Positions 27,673-38,154 of a stretch of DNA of 64,000 nt are shown here, one piece after another. The notes under the pieces were generated by a model, which made no database searches, was not told the DNA's origin, and saw only the letters and a list, made by a program, of their open reading frames with translations. The number at the start of each line of letters is the position of its first letter. Position 1 is the stretch's first letter. Position numbers and translations under genes: made by a program. Origin of the DNA: Armatimonadota bacterium (GTDB lineage: Bacteria > Armatimonadota > SYMT01); the NCBI GenBank assembly GCA_041690135.1, contig JAWLHY010000009.1, forward strand, positions 64,001 through 128,000. Direction: 5' to 3'.

Positions 27673-29718
27673 ATGAGGGGTAAATCCCCGCAGAACCCGC
27701 GGAGAGCCTCCCCGCATGGCTCCGCCGGGAGTCAAGGCGGGCCGGTTTCTCCGGAAACGCCCGGCGCCCGGCACCCGCTCCTCTCCGACACGCGGCGGCA
27801 GCTGGAGGCGGTGTGCAACAACGCCACGGTGGCGTTGTTCATCATGGACGAGCGGCAGCAGTGCGTCTATATGAACCCGGCCGCGGAGAAGCTCACCGGC
27901 TACTCCCTGGCCGAGGTCCAGGGCCGGGCGCTGCACGACGTGGTCCACCACACCCATCCGGACGGCACCCCTTACCCGCTCTCCGAGTGCCCCATCGACC
28001 AGGCGTTCCCCCAGAACAACCAGGAGCAGGGCGAGGAGATCTTTGTCCACCGGGACGGTCACTTCTACCCGGTCGCCTTCACCGCCAGCCCCATCCGCGA
28101 CGAGACCGATCGCCCGATCGGCACCGTCATCGAAGTCCAGGACCTCACCGAGCGGAAGCGCGCCGAGAAGGAGCTGCGGGAGAGCGAGCGGCGGTTCCGC
28201 GCCCTGGCGGACAACATCCCGCAGTTGGCGTGGATGACGGACGAAACGGGCTGGATCTTCTGGTACAACCGCCGCTGGTTCGAGTACACCGGCACCACGC
28301 TGGAGCAGATGCAGGGCTGGGGCTGGCAAAAGGTCCACCACCCGGACCACGTGGAGCGGGTCACCGAGAAATTCCGGAGGCACATCGCTTCCGGCGAGGG
28401 CTGGGAAGACACCTTTCCGCTGCGGAGATACGACGGCGAGTACTGCTGGTTTCTCTCCCGGGCCGTCCCCATCCGGGACGAGAGCGGCCGGATCAGCCGC
28501 TGGTTCGGCACCAACACGGATATCACGGAGCAGCGGGAGACGGAGGAAGCGCTGCGGGACGCGGACCGCCGCAAGGATGAGTTCCTGGCGATGCTGGCCC
28601 ACGAGTTGCGGAACCCGCTCGTGCCGATCACGAACGCAGTAGCCATCCTGCGCGCCCGGGGGGGCCAGGACCCCTTCCTGGAGCGCCAGCGGGAGATCAT
28701 CCGGCGCCAGGCGGAGCATATGGCCCGGTTGGTCGCGGACCTGCTGGAAGTGTCCCGGATCAGCCGCGGCAAGTTCACGCTGCAGCGTCAGCCCGTGAAC
28801 CTGGTGGAAGCTCTGCGCGGCTGTGCCGGCGATTATCTGCCGAGTGCGGAGAGCGCCGGAGTCCGGCTGGAGGCGGACCTGCCCCAGGAGCCGCTGTGGG
28901 TTCACGGGGACGCGGTCCGGCTCTGCCAGGCCGTGACCAACCTTCTGAGCAACGCCTTGAAATTCACGCCGGCCGGGGGCCGCATCGAGATGACGCTGCA
29001 CCGCGCGCCGGCGAACGGACCGGATCGGCGGGATCGGGCGGTCATCACGGTCCGCGACTCCGGGCCGGGCATTCCGCCGGAGCTGCTCCCGGATATTTGG
29101 GAGCCCTTCACCCAGGGAGAACAGGGCCTGGACCGCAGCCGCGGCGGCCTCGGGCTCGGGCTCGCGCTCGTCAGGCGGATCGTGGAGGGGCACGGCGGCT
29201 CGGTGCGGGCCGCGAACGCCGGGACCGGAGGGGCGGAGTTGACCCTCACGCTGCCGTTGGTGGAGGCGGAAGAACCGACCTGGCCGCCCGACCCGGCGCC
29301 GCGCCGGGAGTCGTCCGGGGTGCGCGGCCGCATCCTGGTGATTGAGGACAGCTCTGATGCTGCGGAGACCCTCCGGGACCTTCTCAATCTGGAAGGCTAC
29401 GAAGTCCGCGTGGCTTTCGACGGCCTCTCCGGCGTGGAGGCGGCACAAAGCTGGAAGCCGGCGCTGGTGCTCTGCGACATCGGCCTGCCCGGGTTGAACG
29501 GCTACGAGGTGGCGGAGCGTCTGCGCCGGGATCCAGCCACCCGTGGCCTGGGTCTGGTCGCGGTCTCTGGCTATGCCCAGCCGGATCAGGTGGCGCGGGG
29601 CCGAGACGCCGGCTTCGATGACTACCTACCCAAGCCGGTCGATCCCGAGCACTTGCTGCGGCTGGCGGCAGCCTACATGGACAGACTGCACCCCGCACCC
29701 TTCCACTCCGGAAGTTGA
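27673..29718 (+). CDS. Hybrid PAS-PAS sensor histidine kinase/response regulator
   Basis: Two PAS/PAC domains, [36 protein letters not shown]-terminal REC (IEDSSD, CDIGLPG, KPV). Confidence 0.93.
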   Translation: MRGKSPQNPRRASPHGSAGSQGGPVSPETPGARHPLLSDTRRQLEAVCNNATVALFIMDERQQCVYMNPAAEKLTGYSLAEVQGRALHDVVHHTHPDGTPYPLSECPIDQAFPQNNQEQGEEIFVHRDGHFYPVAFTASPIRDETDRPIGTVIEVQDLTERKRAEKELRESERRFRALADNIPQLAWMTDETGWIFWYNRRWFEYTGTTLEQMQGWGWQKVHHPDHVERVTEKFRRHIASGEGWEDTFPLRRYDGEYCWFLSRAVPIRDESGRISRWFGTNTDITEQRETEEALRDADRRKDEFLAMLAHELRNPLVPITNAVAILRARGGQDPFLERQREIIRRQAEHMARLVADLLEVSRISRGKFTLQRQPVNLVEALRGCAGDYLPSAESAGVRLEADLPQEPLWVHGDAVRLCQAVTNLLSNALKFTPAGGRIEMTLHRAPANGPDRRDRAVITVRDSGPGIPPELLPDIWEPFTQGEQGLDRSRGGLGLGLALVRRIVEGHGGSVRAANAGTGGAELTLTLPLVEAEEPTWPPDPAPRRESSGVRGRILVIEDSSDAAETLRDLLNLEGYEVRVAFDGLSGVEAAQSWKPALVLCDIGLPGLNGYEVAERLRRDPATRGLGLVAVSGYAQPDQVARGRDAGFDDYLPKPVDPEHLLRLAAAYMDRLHPAPFHSGS

Positions 29719-30025
29719 GGTCTGTGGGCCAAGTGATCCCGGCAGTAGAAACAGTACCCCGCGGGTGGTTGTCACGGGAAGCGCGCGGGCCTGCTTCTTT
29801 CACCGCCACGCCACTCTATCCGGCAACGGCGACGTGCGGTTGACTTTTTCACGTGTCCGGCCCGGAATTCGCCGCCATCGCGCCTCCGGAGGACCCGCGA
29901 CCTCCCGCCCATGCCGCATGTCTACCCGCAGGAGGCTCCCGAGTGGACCGTCCGGTGCTGCGAGGAGCACCGACGCCCACCGAAGCGCTGATTTCCCGGC
30001 TAATCCGACGCCATCTTCCAACATA

Positions 30026-30064
30026 AAGCGGGCGAGCCCGGAGGGTTTCCGAGCCCGCCCGCTT
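30026..30064 (-). terminator. Intrinsic terminator of glf
   Basis: 17-bp stem fully paired on the minus-strand RNA (two G-U pairs), ending in a U-rich run, 45 nt after the glf stop. Confidence 0.7.
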
Positions 30065-30108
30065 CAATGCCGCCTTATCGGTGTCGTTCCGCATCGCGCA
30101 GGACGCGA

Positions 30109-31443
30109 CTAATCCTCTTCATCCTGCATGACCGCCGTCGAGCTCTGGCTGCGGCCATTGCTGCCGGCGGTCGCCGTGCGGCCGTTGGCGGAGAGGGATC
30201 CGGCCACACCATTGGCCACACCATTGCCGGATTTGCCGTTCGATCCCGAACTTGCCGCAACTGCGGCCCGCGTCGCCACGGCAGCCGCCGCCACGGCAGG
30301 CTGGACCGCTGCCTCTTTCGAGGCTGCCGGCAAGACGATCCGTTCCGGCTTCGCGCTCAGGCCCTTGTCGAACATCGCCAGCGCCTGGGCTACCACCTGG
30401 TCCATGTTGTAGTACTTGTAGGTCGCCAGGCGTCCCACAAAGTGGACGTTGGGGGTGGCGTCCGCCAGTTCCTTGTACTTCTGGTAAAGGGCGGTGCACT
30501 CCGGCTTGGGAATGGGATAATACGGGTCTCCCTCGGCGCGCGGGAACTCGTACACAACGCCCGTTTTCGGATGCTGCTGTCCGGTGAGCTGCTTGAACTC
30601 GGTCACCCGGGTGTAGTCGTGCTCGTTCGGGTAGTTGACCACCGCCACCGGCAGGGCCTGTTCCTGGTCCAGCGTTTCATGCTTGAACTCCAGGGAGCGG
30701 TAGGGCAGTTTGCCGAAGCAGTAATTGAAGTACTGGTCCACGGGCCCGGTGAAGATCATTTCCCGGTAGGGGATCATGCCCAGGATGTCCCGGTAGTCCG
30801 TGTTCAGCATGATCTTGATGTTCGGGTGCGAGAGCATCCGTTCGAACATCCGCGTGTAACCGTGCAGCGGCATCGCCTGGAACTGGTCCGCAAAGTACCG
30901 GTCGTCCGTGTTGGTGCGGGTGGGGATGCGGGCCGTCACCTGCGCATCCAGTTCGGAGGGGTCCAGGCTCCACTGCTTGCGAGTGTAACCGCGGAAGAAC
31001 TTCTCGTATAGCTCTCGTCCCACCTTGCTGACGACCACGTCCTCACTGGTGCGGCACACTTCGCGCGGCTCGGCTACCTGGTCGAAAAACGCCTGGCACT
31101 CTGCCTCGGTCTGCAGGTTCAGGTCGTAAAGCACGTTGACGGTGGTACGGTTGATGGGGATCGGCAGCAGCTTGCCGTCCACGGAAGCCAGCACGCGGTG
31201 CTCGTAGGGACGCCACTGGGTGAACTGCGACAGGTACTCGAACACCCGCTCGGAATTCGTGTGGAAGATGTGGGGTCCGTACTTGTGGATGAGGATCCCG
31301 TCGTCGTTGTAGCAGTCGTAGGCGTTGCCGCCGATGTGGTTGCGCTTATCGATGATCAGGACTCGCTTGCCGGCCTGACTGGCCAGTCGTTCCGCGAGAA
31401 CACTGCCAGCGAAGCCTGCTCCAACGATCAGGTAGTCAAACAT
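30109..31443 (-). CDS. glf: UDP-galactopyranose mutase
   Basis: IVGAGFAG, HIGGNAYD, HKYGPHIFHT, YTRKQW, LPYRSL, TRVTEFK, PYYPIP, GRLATYKYYNMDQVV; extra low-complexity C-terminal tail. Confidence 0.96.
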   Translation of the reverse strand: MFDYLIVGAGFAGSVLAERLASQAGKRVLIIDKRNHIGGNAYDCYNDDGILIHKYGPHIFHTNSERVFEYLSQFTQWRPYEHRVLASVDGKLLPIPINRTTVNVLYDLNLQTEAECQAFFDQVAEPREVCRTSEDVVVSKVGRELYEKFFRGYTRKQWSLDPSELDAQVTARIPTRTNTDDRYFADQFQAMPLHGYTRMFERMLSHPNIKIMLNTDYRDILGMIPYREMIFTGPVDQYFNYCFGKLPYRSLEFKHETLDQEQALPVAVVNYPNEHDYTRVTEFKQLTGQQHPKTGVVYEFPRAEGDPYYPIPKPECTALYQKYKELADATPNVHFVGRLATYKYYNMDQVVAQALAMFDKGLSAKPERIVLPAASKEAAVQPAVAAAAVATRAAVAASSGSNGKSGNGVANGVAGSLSANGRTATAGSNGRSQSSTAVMQDEED

Positions 31444-31770
31444 GGTACTTCAAAATGCCTTTCATTCGATCAGCGGCCGGACGGCGATCCAGGCGCTCGG
31501 CTGCTTGGCTCTGCCCAGGGCCATCACTGTCGGTTGCTGCCATTCGGCGAGACACTCTTCGGACTTGAAGGCGTCAAAAGGGGCGTCCGTGCCCGCACTC
31601 GCTCCCCCGGGGCACGGCTGAAGGAGGGCCGCAAGTAAGCTACCCGCGAAGGAACCTGTGTCAAACCCTCCACGTATGCCCATTAACGAATTAGCCCTCT
31701 CTTACCAATAAAGCCGCACCTCTCTCCCTGACCCCCCAAAGAAGCGATCTTGGGATCTTGGCTCCCCCTC

Positions 31771-31895
31771 TCGTGCTCGTGATCGTGATCGGACTCGAGC
31801 GGGCGAGATGCCCGCCCCACAGCACCAGCCTTCGCTTGCAATCGTAATCGCAATCAAGTGGGCGCTTCATCCTTCATCCTTCATCCCTCATCCTT
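31771..31895. repeat. Cluster of short-period repeats and a REP-like hairpin
   Basis: TCGTGC-TCGTGA-TCGTGA, GCGGGC-GAGAT-GCCCGC hairpin, CAATCG-TAATCG-CAATC, (CTTCATC)x4 imperfect. Confidence 0.65.
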
Positions 31896-31983
31896 CCGGA
31901 GGTGCTTGATTCACGCCCCGCCTGGGGACAAAAGGGATGCCGGAGATTCCGGTCGCCCACGAGCGAATGAAACGGAGGGAGTA

Positions 31984-32220
31984 GTGAATACCAACGAACC
32001 GTCGCGCGCGGAAGAAGAACGGATCGGGCAGCAGACGCAGAATGAGTTCCGGCTCACGTGGGGAATGCTGCCGCTCTTTGCCCTGATCGGAGCCCTGCTG
32101 GTGGTGCTGGTGGCTTTCGTGCCCAGCCCCTACGGCGCCTTCTTTTTCGGACTGGCGAGCCTGATCGGCATCCTGGCGGTGGTAGCCTACGTCATGCGCC
32201 CGCGCCAGAGAGGTCGGTAG
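31984..32220 (+). CDS. Small two-TM membrane protein
   Basis: GGAGG RBS, GTG start, two hydrophobic helices, basic C-terminus. Confidence 0.65.
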   Translation: MNTNEPSRAEEERIGQQTQNEFRLTWGMLPLFALIGALLVVLVAFVPSPYGAFFFGLASLIGILAVVAYVMRPRQRGR

Positions 32221-32415
32221 CCTCCCGAACAACAAGTGGTGTTTAACCGGCCGTCGGATGTGGCTAGATTTAGCGGCGTCAACGCTGCTCTATCCTTCCA
32301 CACCCGGCGCGGCCGGGGCTGACCCGGGGCGGAACATCCCCTGATACGCGGGTTCGGGCGGGCGGCGTAAGTATGGATGCTTCCCCTGGCGAAGCTCTGA
32401 TCACCTTGCCCGGAT

Positions 32416-35400
32416 ATGACCTCCGTCACCCGCGAAGCCGTCGAAACAAACTTGATCCCGCCCGCTCCTTCGGCCCATTCGGCCGCTGGGGATTCCCCGG
32501 ACGATCTCACCTCGCTGGTACGCCTGGCGTCGCGCCTGCTGGCGGTACCCTCCGCGTTCGCGGGGCGGATGTCTCACGGGAAGTTCTCCCCGACGGCCGT
32601 GTCGGGCCCGTTGGCAGCGCACGAGCCGTTGCTTTTAGCGGTCGGGGATCGGCTCGCAACCGCTCTCTCCAGTCCGGTGGTGCTCGCGGACCTGCCGGAG
32701 AACTCCAGCGAGAAACAGGGGGCTACCCCCACGGGCGCCCTCCTCGCCGTGCGGCTGGATGCCGGCTCGGGGGAAGGGGCCGAGTGGTGTGGCGTCGTCG
32801 CGGATCATCCCCACGCATGGACCCGAGAGGAAGTGGAAATCCTTCGGGATCTGGTGCGTCCATACGTCGCCCAGCGGTCTCTGCGGCTGACTCTCCGCGA
32901 ACAGGCGAACCAACTCGAGGAGTTCCACCAGGACGTCCGCGCGGCGGCGGCCATCAACCGGGTGGGGCGCACGCTGGTAGCGGAGTTGGATCTCCAACGG
33001 TTGGTGCAGGCAGTAACCGACGCCGGTACGGAGTTGACGGGCGCCCAATTCGGCGCGTTCTTCTACAACGTGCTGAACGAACGCGGAGAGGCCTATACTC
33101 TTTACACTCTTTCCGGGGTGCCGCGGGAGGCGTTTTCCCAGTTCCCCATGCCCCGCAACACCGAAGTATTCTCCCCGACCTTCCGGGGGGATGGGGTGGT
33201 GCGCTCGGACGATATTACGCAGGATCCGCGTTACGGGCGGAATCAGCCTTACCACGGCATGCCGGAAGGGCACCTTCCCGTTCGGAGTTACCTGGCGGTG
33301 CCCGTCATCTCCCGTTCTGGTGAGGTACTGGGCGGCCTGTTTTTCGGGCACGCCGAACCGGGCATTTTCAACGCGCGGCACGAGCAACTCATCGAGGGAG
33401 TGGCGGCGCAGGCGTCGGTGGCGATCGACAATGCCCGTCTCTTCGAAGCACGCCGGCGGGTGGAAGATGCCCTGCGGGAAAGCGAGGAGCGCCTTCGTTT
33501 TGCCATGCGGGCCGGGCGGCTGGGCACCTGGGAATGGCGGGTCTCCACCGGCTTGGTGCGCTGGTCGGAAGAGTTGGAGCGGCTCCACGGGCTCCAGCCC
33601 GGCACGTTTCCCGGCACATTCGAGGCGTTCCAGTCCGACATGCACCCGGACGACCGGGAGCATGTGATCGGCTCCGTCCGCCGCTCGTTGGAAGAAGGCG
33701 TCGAGCACGATGTCGAGTACCGCATTGTCCTGCCGGACGGCGAACAACGGTGGGTGATGGGACGGGGGCAACTGCTCCGGGACCCGGATGGTCGGCCGGA
33801 GCGGATGAGCGGCGTCTGTATGGATATCACCGCCCGCAAGCACGCGGAGGCCTCTCTCCGTTTCCTGGCGGAGGTGAGCGAAGTTCTGGTTTCTTCTCTG
33901 GACTATGAGGTCACTCTGGCTAATGTGGCGAGGCTGGCCGTTCCTTTGGTGGCGGACTGGTGTGCCGTCGATCTGGTCGCAGAGGATGGTAGGGTCGAAC
34001 GCCTCGCGGTCGCGCATATCGATCCCTCGAAAGTCCAGCTGGCTTACGAGTTGGACAAGCGCTATCCCCCGGACCCGAATGCTTCGCATGGAGTGCCGCT
34101 GGTCCTCCGCACCGGCGAGCCGGAAATCGTGGAAGAGATCTCGGATGATCTCTTGCGAGAGGTCGCGCGCGACGAGGAGCACCTGCAACTGGTACGCGGG
34201 CTCGGGCTCAAGTCATTCGTCGCCATGCCGTTGATCGCCCGCGGGCGCGTGCTCGGGGCGATTACCCTGGTATCGGCGGAGTCCGGCCGTCGCTTCGGGC
34301 CGGAAACGGTAGCCCTGGCCGCGGAACTGGCACGGCGGGCCGCCGTCGCCATCGACAATGCGCGGCTCTACCGGGATACCGAGCGTGCGCGGGCGCTCCA
34401 GGAACGACGTGCATCCCAGGCGGCCCTCGTGGCCGATATCGGCGTGGCGCTGAACCGGGAAGGAGATCTGGAGACGATCCTTGCTGGCTGCACGGCCGCG
34501 GTGGTCGACCACCTGCAGGTGGCGTTCGCTCGGATCTGGACCTACGAGCCGGAGGGGCAGGTACTGGTACTGCGCGCGAGTTCCGGGCTCTACACCCATC
34601 TCGACGGCGGCCACGCGCGAGTGCCGCTCGGGGCATTCAAAATCGGCAGGATCGCCCAGGAAAGGCGTCCGCACCTGACCAACGACGTGCCACACGATCC
34701 CCGGGTGAGCGACCATGAATGGGCGCGCCGGGAAGGGATGGTGGCGTTCGCCGGGTATCCGCTGGAAGTGGAGAACCGGCTCGTCGGCGTGCTGGCGATG
34801 TTTTCCCGGGAGCCGTTGGCGGAGGATACGCTGGAGGCCCTCGCCTCCGTCGCCGGAATCGTGGCCCAGGGGATCGAGCGCATCCGGGCCCGGCAGGAGA
34901 TTCAGCGGCTTAACGCCTCGCTGGAAGGCCGGGTCCGGGAGCGGACCGCCGCCCTCACCGAGGCAAACCGGGAACTGGAAGCGTTTTCCTACTCCGTCTC
35001 GCACGACCTGCGCGCGCCCGTCCGCCATATCGCCGGGTTCGCCGACCTCCTGCAGAAGCGCGTGGGGAGCGATTTGGACCTCCAGAGTACCCGCTACCTG
35101 CGCACCATTCAGGACGCGGCGAAGAAGGCGGGGCAGTTGGTGGACGACCTGCTGGCTTTTTCGCGGATGGGTCGCCAGGAACTCCGGGAGAGACAGGTCG
35201 ACCTGGATCGGCTCGTCAAGGAAGCCCGCCGGGATCTCTCCGCCGAGACGTCTGGCCGGTGTGTGCAGTGGGATGTTGGGGAACTGCCTGTCGTGCACGG
35301 CGATGCTGCGATGCTCCGCTTGGTGGTGGAGAACCTGCTGTCTAACGCGCTGAAGTATACCCGCGACTGTCCGGAGGCCCGCATTACCGTTCGCTGCTCG

Positions 35401-35715
35401 CGGCAGGTGCGCGGAGAACCGAAGAATGGGGTAGAACCGGGGGAATGGATCTTCTCTGTGGCGGACAACGGTGTCGGCTTTGACATGCGGTACGTCGACA
35501 AGCTGTTCGGAGTGTTCCAGCGCCTGCACGCTGCAGAGGAGTTCGAAGGCACCGGCATCGGGCTCGCCAACGTCAAGCGCATCATTCAGCGGCACGGCGG
35601 GCGGGTCTGGGCCCAGGGAGAAGTCGGGAAGGGCGCCACCTTTTGGTTCAGCTTGCCCGAACGGTCGAGTCCGGACCAGCAGATCGAAGGAAGAGAAGAG
35701 AACGAGAACCCGTGA
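32416..35715 (+). CDS. Multi-GAF/PAS sensor histidine kinase
   Basis: GAF-PAS-GAF-GAF, then [46 protein letters not shown]. Confidence 0.93.
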   Translation: MTSVTREAVETNLIPPAPSAHSAAGDSPDDLTSLVRLASRLLAVPSAFAGRMSHGKFSPTAVSGPLAAHEPLLLAVGDRLATALSSPVVLADLPENSSEKQGATPTGALLAVRLDAGSGEGAEWCGVVADHPHAWTREEVEILRDLVRPYVAQRSLRLTLREQANQLEEFHQDVRAAAAINRVGRTLVAELDLQRLVQAVTDAGTELTGAQFGAFFYNVLNERGEAYTLYTLSGVPREAFSQFPMPRNTEVFSPTFRGDGVVRSDDITQDPRYGRNQPYHGMPEGHLPVRSYLAVPVISRSGEVLGGLFFGHAEPGIFNARHEQLIEGVAAQASVAIDNARLFEARRRVEDALRESEERLRFAMRAGRLGTWEWRVSTGLVRWSEELERLHGLQPGTFPGTFEAFQSDMHPDDREHVIGSVRRSLEEGVEHDVEYRIVLPDGEQRWVMGRGQLLRDPDGRPERMSGVCMDITARKHAEASLRFLAEVSEVLVSSLDYEVTLANVARLAVPLVADWCAVDLVAEDGRVERLAVAHIDPSKVQLAYELDKRYPPDPNASHGVPLVLRTGEPEIVEEISDDLLREVARDEEHLQLVRGLGLKSFVAMPLIARGRVLGAITLVSAESGRRFGPETVALAAELARRAAVAIDNARLYRDTERARALQERRASQAALVADIGVALNREGDLETILAGCTAAVVDHLQVAFARIWTYEPEGQVLVLRASSGLYTHLDGGHARVPLGAFKIGRIAQERRPHLTNDVPHDPRVSDHEWARREGMVAFAGYPLEVENRLVGVLAMFSREPLAEDTLEALASVAGIVAQGIERIRARQEIQRLNASLEGRVRERTAALTEANRELEAFSYSVSHDLRAPVRHIAGFADLLQKRVGSDLDLQSTRYLRTIQDAAKKAGQLVDDLLAFSRMGRQELRERQVDLDRLVKEARRDLSAETSGRCVQWDVGELPVVHGDAAMLRLVVENLLSNALKYTRDCPEARITVRCSRQVRGEPKNGVEPGEWIFSVADNGVGFDMRYVDKLFGVFQRLHAAEEFEGTGIGLANVKRIIQRHGGRVWAQGEVGKGATFWFSLPERSSPDQQIEGREENENP

Positions 35716-36173
35716 TGGAGCCTGTTGCTGATCTCAAGCGGATCCTCCTCGTGGAGGACAGCCCGAACGACATCGAGTTGACGCTGGCGGCCCTGGAAGA
35801 ACACCACCTGACGAACGAAGTGGTAGTCTGCCGAGACGGTGCCGAGGCATTGGATTACCTGCACCGGCGGGGGATCTACCGGCTGCGCGCGCCGGGGCAC
35901 CCCGCGGTGGTACTACTCGATCTGAAGCTTCCCAAGGTCGATGGCCTGGAAGTTCTCTCCGAAATGAAGTCCGTGCCGGAGATGCGCCAGATTCCCGTGG
36001 TAATGCTCACTTCCTCGCGAGAAGAGCGGGACCTGGTGCGCAGCTACGACCTGGGGGTTAATGCCTACGTCGTGAAGCCGGTGGATTTCGGGGAGTTCGT
36101 CGCGGCCATCAAAGAACTGGGCCTGTTCTGGGCCATCATCAATCAACCTCCGCCGGGATGCGGCGGGACTTGA
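35715..36173 (+). CDS. Single-domain response regulator (Rcp1-like)
   Basis: ILLVEDSPNDIELT, LLDLKLPKVDG, MLTSSREERD, YDLGVNAYVVKPV; overlaps the HK stop. Confidence 0.93.
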   Translation: MEPVADLKRILLVEDSPNDIELTLAALEEHHLTNEVVVCRDGAEALDYLHRRGIYRLRAPGHPAVVLLDLKLPKVDGLEVLSEMKSVPEMRQIPVVMLTSSREERDLVRSYDLGVNAYVVKPVDFGEFVAAIKELGLFWAIINQPPPGCGGT

Positions 36174-36184
36174 GCGCTAACACC

Positions 36185-37885
36185 ATGACGCGACTGAGGG
36201 TGCTCCTCCTCGAAGATGACCCGTTGGACGCCCAATTGACCCTGGCGTGCCTGCTGGAAGGCGGCTTCGTCTGCGAAGCGCTGCGAGTTGACACGCGCGC
36301 GGAGTTCCGGGCGCGGCTCCTCGAGGACTGTCCGGATCTGATCCTGGCGGACTACTCACTCCCCTCCTTCGACGGCCTGGAAGCGTTGCGGATCGCCCAG
36401 GAGATCTGCCCGCAGGTCCCCTTCATCTTCGTGTCGGGCGCGTTGGGCGAAGAACTGGCCATCGAAACGCTGAAGCAAGGAGCCACCGACTACGTGCTCA
36501 AGCACCGCCTGGAGCGCCTGATCCCATCTGTCCAGCGCGCCCTACGGGAGGCGGAGGACCGGGCGGAACGCCAGCGGTTAGAGGAAGAGCTCCGACGCCG
36601 TGCGGAAGCCCTGGCGGAAGCCGACCAGCGCAAGGACGAGTTCCTGGCGATGCTGGCGCATGAACTGCGCAACCCGCTCGCCCCCATCTTCAACGCGCTG
36701 CATATGATGGGCATGGCGGAAGCGGACCCCGCTAATGTGCGGAAGTGTCGCGGCGTGGTGGAGCGCCAGGTGCGCCTGATGGCCCGCCTTCTGGACGACC
36801 TCCTCGATATCTCCCGCATTGCTCGTGGCAAGATCCTGCTGCAAAGCGAAGTGGTGAACCTCACCCAGCTTGTCCGGGATGCAGCGGAAGACCAGCGGAC
36901 GGCCCTGGAAGGAAAGGGTGTGACGTTTCGCGTTCAGGTGCCTGAGGAACCTCTTCTTGTGATGGGTGATCCGGCCCGTCTCGCCCAGGTGGTAGGCAAC
37001 CTCCTGAGCAACGCCGCCAAATTCACCCCTCGGGGCGGGACCGTTACGCTGGAGATGTCCGTGCGGGGAGATACAGCTTGCCTGCAGATACTCGACACGG
37101 GTATCGGTATGAGCCGGGAAGCATTGACTCATATTTTCGAGCCCTTCGCCCAGGAGCGCCGGGCGCTGGACCAGAACCGCACGGGCTTGGGTCTGGGGCT
37201 CGCGCTGGTGAAGGGACTGGCTCAGTTGCATGGCGGTTCAGTCACCGCCGAGAGCGAAGGTCCCGGGCACGGTTCATGTTTCACTGTGCGCCTACCGTTG
37301 CATCGTGGAACACCCGCGACCTCCGAACCTGGCATCGGGACCAATCCGCTTTCACGCAGCGCGGAGGGTCCGGGGGGTGCCAACCTCTCCGACGGTGAAA
37401 GCGCCGGCTCCCGTAAAGTGCTGGTCATCGACGACAACCGCGACGCTGCGGACAGTATGGCGGAGCTGCTGCGCCTGACCGGTTTTGCCGTTGAGGTGGC
37501 CTACTCGGGGCCGGAGGGGTGGGAGTTGGCGCGGCGCCTGCGTCCCGAAGTGGTGCTCTGCGATCTCGGTCTGCCCGGGTTGGACGGGTTCGAAATCGCA
37601 CGCCGCTTGCGGAAAGGGGAGACCGGGGTGGACGGGAAGTCAGCTCCGGGGGGCTCCTCCGCCACCATCGGGTCCCATTCGCGTGGGGAAACCGCCGGCG
37701 GAGAAAGGGGAGAGGTTGGCGCCCGCCGCGGCGATAATCCGCCCGCGTTGCTGATTGCGGTTTCCGGCTACGGACAGGAAGAAGACCGCCGCCGTTCGGA
37801 AGAGGCCGGCTTCGACTACCATCTGACTAAGCCCGTCGATCCGGCCGCTCTCCAGCAACTCCTCTCCGCCACGGTCGGGGATTGA
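36185..37885 (+). CDS. REC-HisKA-HATPase-REC hybrid kinase
   Basis: N-terminal REC (LEDDPLD, ADYSLP), AHELRNPL, NLLSNAAKFT, GLGLGL, C-terminal REC with a Gly-rich insertion. Confidence 0.92.
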   Translation: MTRLRVLLLEDDPLDAQLTLACLLEGGFVCEALRVDTRAEFRARLLEDCPDLILADYSLPSFDGLEALRIAQEICPQVPFIFVSGALGEELAIETLKQGATDYVLKHRLERLIPSVQRALREAEDRAERQRLEEELRRRAEALAEADQRKDEFLAMLAHELRNPLAPIFNALHMMGMAEADPANVRKCRGVVERQVRLMARLLDDLLDISRIARGKILLQSEVVNLTQLVRDAAEDQRTALEGKGVTFRVQVPEEPLLVMGDPARLAQVVGNLLSNAAKFTPRGGTVTLEMSVRGDTACLQILDTGIGMSREALTHIFEPFAQERRALDQNRTGLGLGLALVKGLAQLHGGSVTAESEGPGHGSCFTVRLPLHRGTPATSEPGIGTNPLSRSAEGPGGANLSDGESAGSRKVLVIDDNRDAADSMAELLRLTGFAVEVAYSGPEGWELARRLRPEVVLCDLGLPGLDGFEIARRLRKGETGVDGKSAPGGSSATIGSHSRGETAGGERGEVGARRGDNPPALLIAVSGYGQEEDRRRSEEAGFDYHLTKPVDPAALQQLLSATVGD

Positions 37886-37966
37886 CCTGCGGTGGATTGC
37901 CGGATTACTCCCGCTTCATTCCGGGGAAATCGGAAGAAGTAACAACGCAAAGAAGGGAGTAAGTGT

Positions 37967-38140
37967 ATGGAACACCGGCATCCGGCGGAACCCGTGGAGA
38001 ATGCACCGGAAATCGGTAGGAACCCGCGCCCCTGCTGGCCGGCCTGGATGGCTCTGGTGGCGGCTGGTTCGTGGTTGACCCTGGTGATCATGCTCGTTCT
38101 GATCGGGCTGGTGATCGCGCTGCTGGTCGCGATCTTCTAA
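37967..38140 (+). CDS. Small membrane protein (57 aa; below ORF-track cutoff)
   Basis: GGGAG RBS; MEHRHPAEPVENAPEIGRNPRPCWPAWMALVAAGSWLTLVIMLVLIGLVIALLVAIF*. Confidence 0.6.
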   Translation: MEHRHPAEPVENAPEIGRNPRPCWPAWMALVAAGSWLTLVIMLVLIGLVIALLVAIF

Positions 38141-38154
38141 AGGAGTCTTACGGT

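Noticed and set aside
24594-29448. Long minus-strand ORFs (865 aa, 603 aa)
   Set aside because: Antisense shadows of well-supported plus-strand genes, typical of high-GC DNA; no motifs.
32416-37885. Bacteriophytochrome operon
   Set aside because: The HK-Rcp1-hybrid layout matches, but the kinase lacks the PAS-GAF-PHY core and the PASDIP chromophore motif.
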